64,000 bases of DNA from Clostridia bacterium (GTDB taxonomy: Bacteria > Bacillota > Clostridia > Oscillospirales > CAG-272): NCBI GenBank assembly GCA_017416185.1, contig JAFQDF010000035.1, forward strand, positions 51,521 through 115,520, in the 5' to 3' direction. This document shows positions 62,129 to 64,000 of this stretch, one piece after another. A program made the translations under genes and the position numbers. The notes under the pieces are model-generated. The model had not been told where the DNA came from. It did no database searches and saw nothing but the letters and a program-made list of their open reading frames with translations. How positions within the stretch are numbered: the first letter of the stretch is position 1; each line of letters begins with the position of its first letter.

Positions 62129-62364
62129 ATTGAACCCTATGGGTTCATAAATTGAGCCTGGCGGCCCATGAATTGACAACTTTGTTGTCATGAATTGTGT
62201 CACAAGGACACATTAAGGAAAGTTTTTGCCTTTAGGCAAAAACAATTCTAATTGAATTAGTTTTCGCCCAAGGGCGAAAAGTTACCTTAATGCACCGTAG
62301 GAGCAATTCATGACCGTAGGTCAATTCATGGTGAAACCAATTCATGGCGAAGCCAATTCATTTA
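62125..62364. repeat. hairpin-string palindromic element, copy A2 (CATGAATTG / CAATTCATG linkers)
   Basis: It has the same order of modules as 2516..2757: 4 linkers + inserts, CATTAAGG, core AGTTTTTGCC..GGCAAAAAC, second hairpin TTTTCGCC..GGCGAAAA, CCTTAATG, then 4 inserts + linkers. The first linker contains the rhaA TGA stop. Confidence 0.9.
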
Positions 62365-62416
62365 CATAGCTAAATAACATTTATAGAAATTAAACTTAAT
62401 TTTGAGGTGTATTCCA

Positions 62417-63457
62417 ATGATGAATCTTGAAAAGGAGATCCGCGAGCAGCCCGAGGTGCTCGGCAGAGTTCTCACAACAAACAAAGAAGCTCTTGAGGCG
62501 GCAGCCGCCGCTATCAAGGCAAGAGGTGATATCACCAACGTAGTATTCGCAGCACGCGGTACATCCGACCATGCTTGTATCTATGCACAGTATCTCTATC
62601 AGAGATATCTCGGCATTCCCTGCGGACTTGCAACCTCCTCCGTTAACACCAAGTACGGTGCAACCATCAATTACAAGAACACTCTTGTAATCGGCGTTTC
62701 CCAGTCGGGTATGGCAAAGGACGTTCTTGCTATCATCGAGATGGCTAAGGCTACAGGCGGTCTTACCGTTACCATCACCAACAATACCGAGTCTCCCGTA
62801 GCAAAGGCAGGCGACTTCCACCTCTTTATCGACTCGGGTCACGAGGCTTCTATCGCTGCAACCAAGACCTTTACAAGTGAGATGTTCCTCCTTGCAAAGC
62901 TTGGTCAGCTCTGGGCAGGCGACGAGGAGCTTGCAAAGGAACTCGAAAGTGTTCCCGCAGCAGTAGCAGAGCTTCTTGACTATATGCCCGACAAGGTACT
63001 CTCCACCGTTGAGAGATTCCGTTTCATGCGTGAGGGAGTTCTTGTAGGCCGCGGTATGACATACCCCATCGCTCTTGAGGGTGCGCTTAAGATTATGGAG
63101 ACCAACTGTCTTAAGATCTCAGGCTACGCTATCAGCGACTTCCAGCACGGTCCCCTTGCACAGCTTAATAAGAACGGTCTCTGCATCGTTCTTGCAGCTA
63201 ACGGTGCTTGTCTTGACGACGCAAAGATCGTAATCGAGAAGGTTAAGCCTACCGAGGCCGAGGTTCTCGTTATCACCGATACCGATGATTTCGACGATAT
63301 GCCCCTGGTATTCAAGCTTCCCAAGCTTGCTTCGGATAACGTTTCTCCCTACCTCTTTGCTGTTACCGTACAGCTCATCGCTATGGAGCTTACCAAGGTA
63401 AGAGGTATCGACCCCGACGTTTCTGTGGTACTTAACAAAATTACAGTTACAAAGTAA
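62417..63457 (+). CDS. SIS-domain sugar isomerase/aminotransferase-like protein (GlmS C-terminal / AgaS / FrlB-like)
   Basis: It has two SIS modules (VVFAARGTSDHA...GVSQSG and LVGRGMTYPIALEGALKIME). EQPEVL is near the N-terminus. GAGGTG SD lies 7 nt before the ATG at 62417. Confidence 0.75.
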   Translation: MMNLEKEIREQPEVLGRVLTTNKEALEAAAAAIKARGDITNVVFAARGTSDHACIYAQYLYQRYLGIPCGLATSSVNTKYGATINYKNTLVIGVSQSGMAKDVLAIIEMAKATGGLTVTITNNTESPVAKAGDFHLFIDSGHEASIAATKTFTSEMFLLAKLGQLWAGDEELAKELESVPAAVAELLDYMPDKVLSTVERFRFMREGVLVGRGMTYPIALEGALKIMETNCLKISGYAISDFQHGPLAQLNKNGLCIVLAANGACLDDAKIVIEKVKPTEAEVLVITDTDDFDDMPLVFKLPKLASDNVSPYLFAVTVQLIAMELTKVRGIDPDVSVVLNKITVTK

Positions 63458-63464
63458 TATTAAT

Positions 63465-63700
63465 GAAAGCCGTCCTTCGGGACGGCTTTCACGATATAAA
63501 TCCCTTTCGGGATTTGCGATATTCCCTATGGGGAGCGATATGCCTAACGGCGCGATATGTCCTGCGGGACGTGGGGGGATTTATATCATATCGCGTCTGC
63601 TTTAGCAGATATATCGCTTTTATCAAAGATAAAAATATCGCATTTGACCGAAGGTCAAATATATCGCAATTTGTATCCTAAGGTTACAAATTTTATATCG
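63465..63700. repeat. hairpin-string palindromic element, copy C (GCGATAT / ATATCGC linkers)
   Basis: Lead hairpin GAAAGCCGTCC-ttcg-GGACGGCTTTC. Then 4 x (G)CGATAT linkers with mini-hairpins (AATCCC/GGGATT, TCCC/GGGA, GCC/GGC, GTCC/GGAC). Centre GTGGGGGGATTTATATCATATCGC. Then 4 mini-hairpins separated by ATATCGC, the last linker being the variant TTATATCG. Confidence 0.85.
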
Positions 63701-63736
63701 TATTCCCCGTATGATAATACCTATTGAAATAACACC

Positions 63737-63765
63737 TTGACATAATTTCTTAATTGTGATAAAAT
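63737..63765 (+). promoter_or_regulatory. near-consensus sigma-A promoter
   Basis: TTGACA - 17 nt - TAAAAT. The predicted start site lies just before the long leader stem. Confidence 0.6.
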
Positions 63766-63769
63766 GTTC

Positions 63770-63919
63770 TTGCGACACATCTGAATATTTTAACCATTAA
63801 GGTGCATTTTATATTGGTAAAAATGCATCCTCTATTTTCGCACCTAAATGGTTTGAAAGATGTGTCGCAGCATTCGAGGCTCTGCGTTTTTCGTGCGTAG
63901 CTTCGGCTGCGCACTTTTT
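63770..63919 (+). promoter_or_regulatory. structured 5' leader (riboswitch/attenuator candidate, class not recognised)
   Basis: P1 is TTGCGACACATCT (63770-82) paired with AGATGTGTCGCAG (63858-70). P2 is AACCATTAAGGTGC (63792-805) paired with GCACCTAAATGGTT (63840-53). An alternative pairing is TGCATTTT/AAAATGCA. A terminator and then AAAGGAGG-ATG follow. Confidence 0.5.
63893..63919 (+). terminator. leader terminator
   Basis: GTGCGTAGC-ttcg-GCTGCGCAC (9-bp stem with a C(UUCG)G loop) followed by TTTTT. It lies 8 nt before the SD of the next gene. Confidence 0.65.
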
Positions 63920-63938
63920 ATATTTAAAGGAGGAAAAT

Positions 63939-64000
63939 ATGAGAACTTTCAAAAAACTGTTGCCGATAATTTTTACGATGGCATTCATCATGGTGTTATT
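63939..64000 (+). CDS. secreted or membrane protein, 5' fragment only (runs off the window)
   Basis: AAAGGAGG SD lies 5 nt upstream. MRTFKKLLPIIFTMAFIMVL is signal-peptide-like. Confidence 0.5.
   Translation, partial: MRTFKKLLPIIFTMAFIMVL

Noticed and set aside
1-64000. Mobile elements, prophage, defence systems (RM, CRISPR-Cas, toxin-antitoxin, Abi-like), and rRNA or tRNA genes.
   Set aside because: I found no transposase, integrase, recombinase or phage-like ORFs and no cloverleaf-like or rRNA-like sequence in the intergenic regions I read. This absence is by inspection only. tRNAscan-SE, Infernal and a defence-system HMM scan would be the decisive checks.

Overview
This 64-kb window looks like a chromosomal segment of a spore-forming Firmicute. 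The class Clostridia is an inference from gene content and Bacillus-like synteny: yabM-mazG-hup-yabO-yabP-yabQ-divIC, yqfC-yqfD-phoH-ybeY-era-recO, rsmD-coaD...ylbJ and recJ-relA-dtd. About 63 CDS are supported, and most are housekeeping: thrC, tig-clpP-clpX, secA, ispDF, cdaA-cdaR, recJ, relA, hemZ, rimM-trmD, ptsH, uvrC, mutS2. Many neighbouring genes are translationally coupled through ATGA overlaps. I recognised no rRNA, tRNA, CRISPR array, IS element, transposase or phage gene. The accessory-looking parts are as follows. (i) A cell-envelope cluster at 10.6-15.4 kb: a transglutaminase-like SLH protein, a small SPSTG-tailed sortase substrate, class B sortase and an LCP protein. (ii) A second transglutaminase-like SLH paralog plus an LRR/SLH surface protein at 33.4-37.7 kb. 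(iii) A MoxR-DUF58-membrane protein operon. (iv) Tandem lipoprotein paralogs. (v) A rhamnose cluster (two TIM-barrel isomerase-like genes, rhaB, rhaA) followed by a SIS-domain gene. The most unusual signal is non-coding. At least ten intergenic structured palindromic elements sit mostly right after stop codons, several of them between genes of one operon. Four are about 170-240 bp long and have the same two-fold symmetric architecture: 4 x (short linker + mini-hairpin), a centre, then 4 x (mini-hairpin + reverse-complement linker). The linker differs between copies (CATGAATTG, AGCTAAATT, GCGATAT). In the two copies that share a linker, all hairpin inserts differ in sequence but all stay self-complementary. 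Shorter relatives have 7-mer tandem arms (AATGCGG/TTGCATT, AATGTAN/TACATTN) around a conserved GATTTTTG..CAAAAATC core hairpin. I do not recognise this family as a described repeat or RNA class. A second candidate is a promoter-proximal leader at 63.77-63.92 kb with a long stem and an intrinsic terminator, upstream of a secreted-protein gene.
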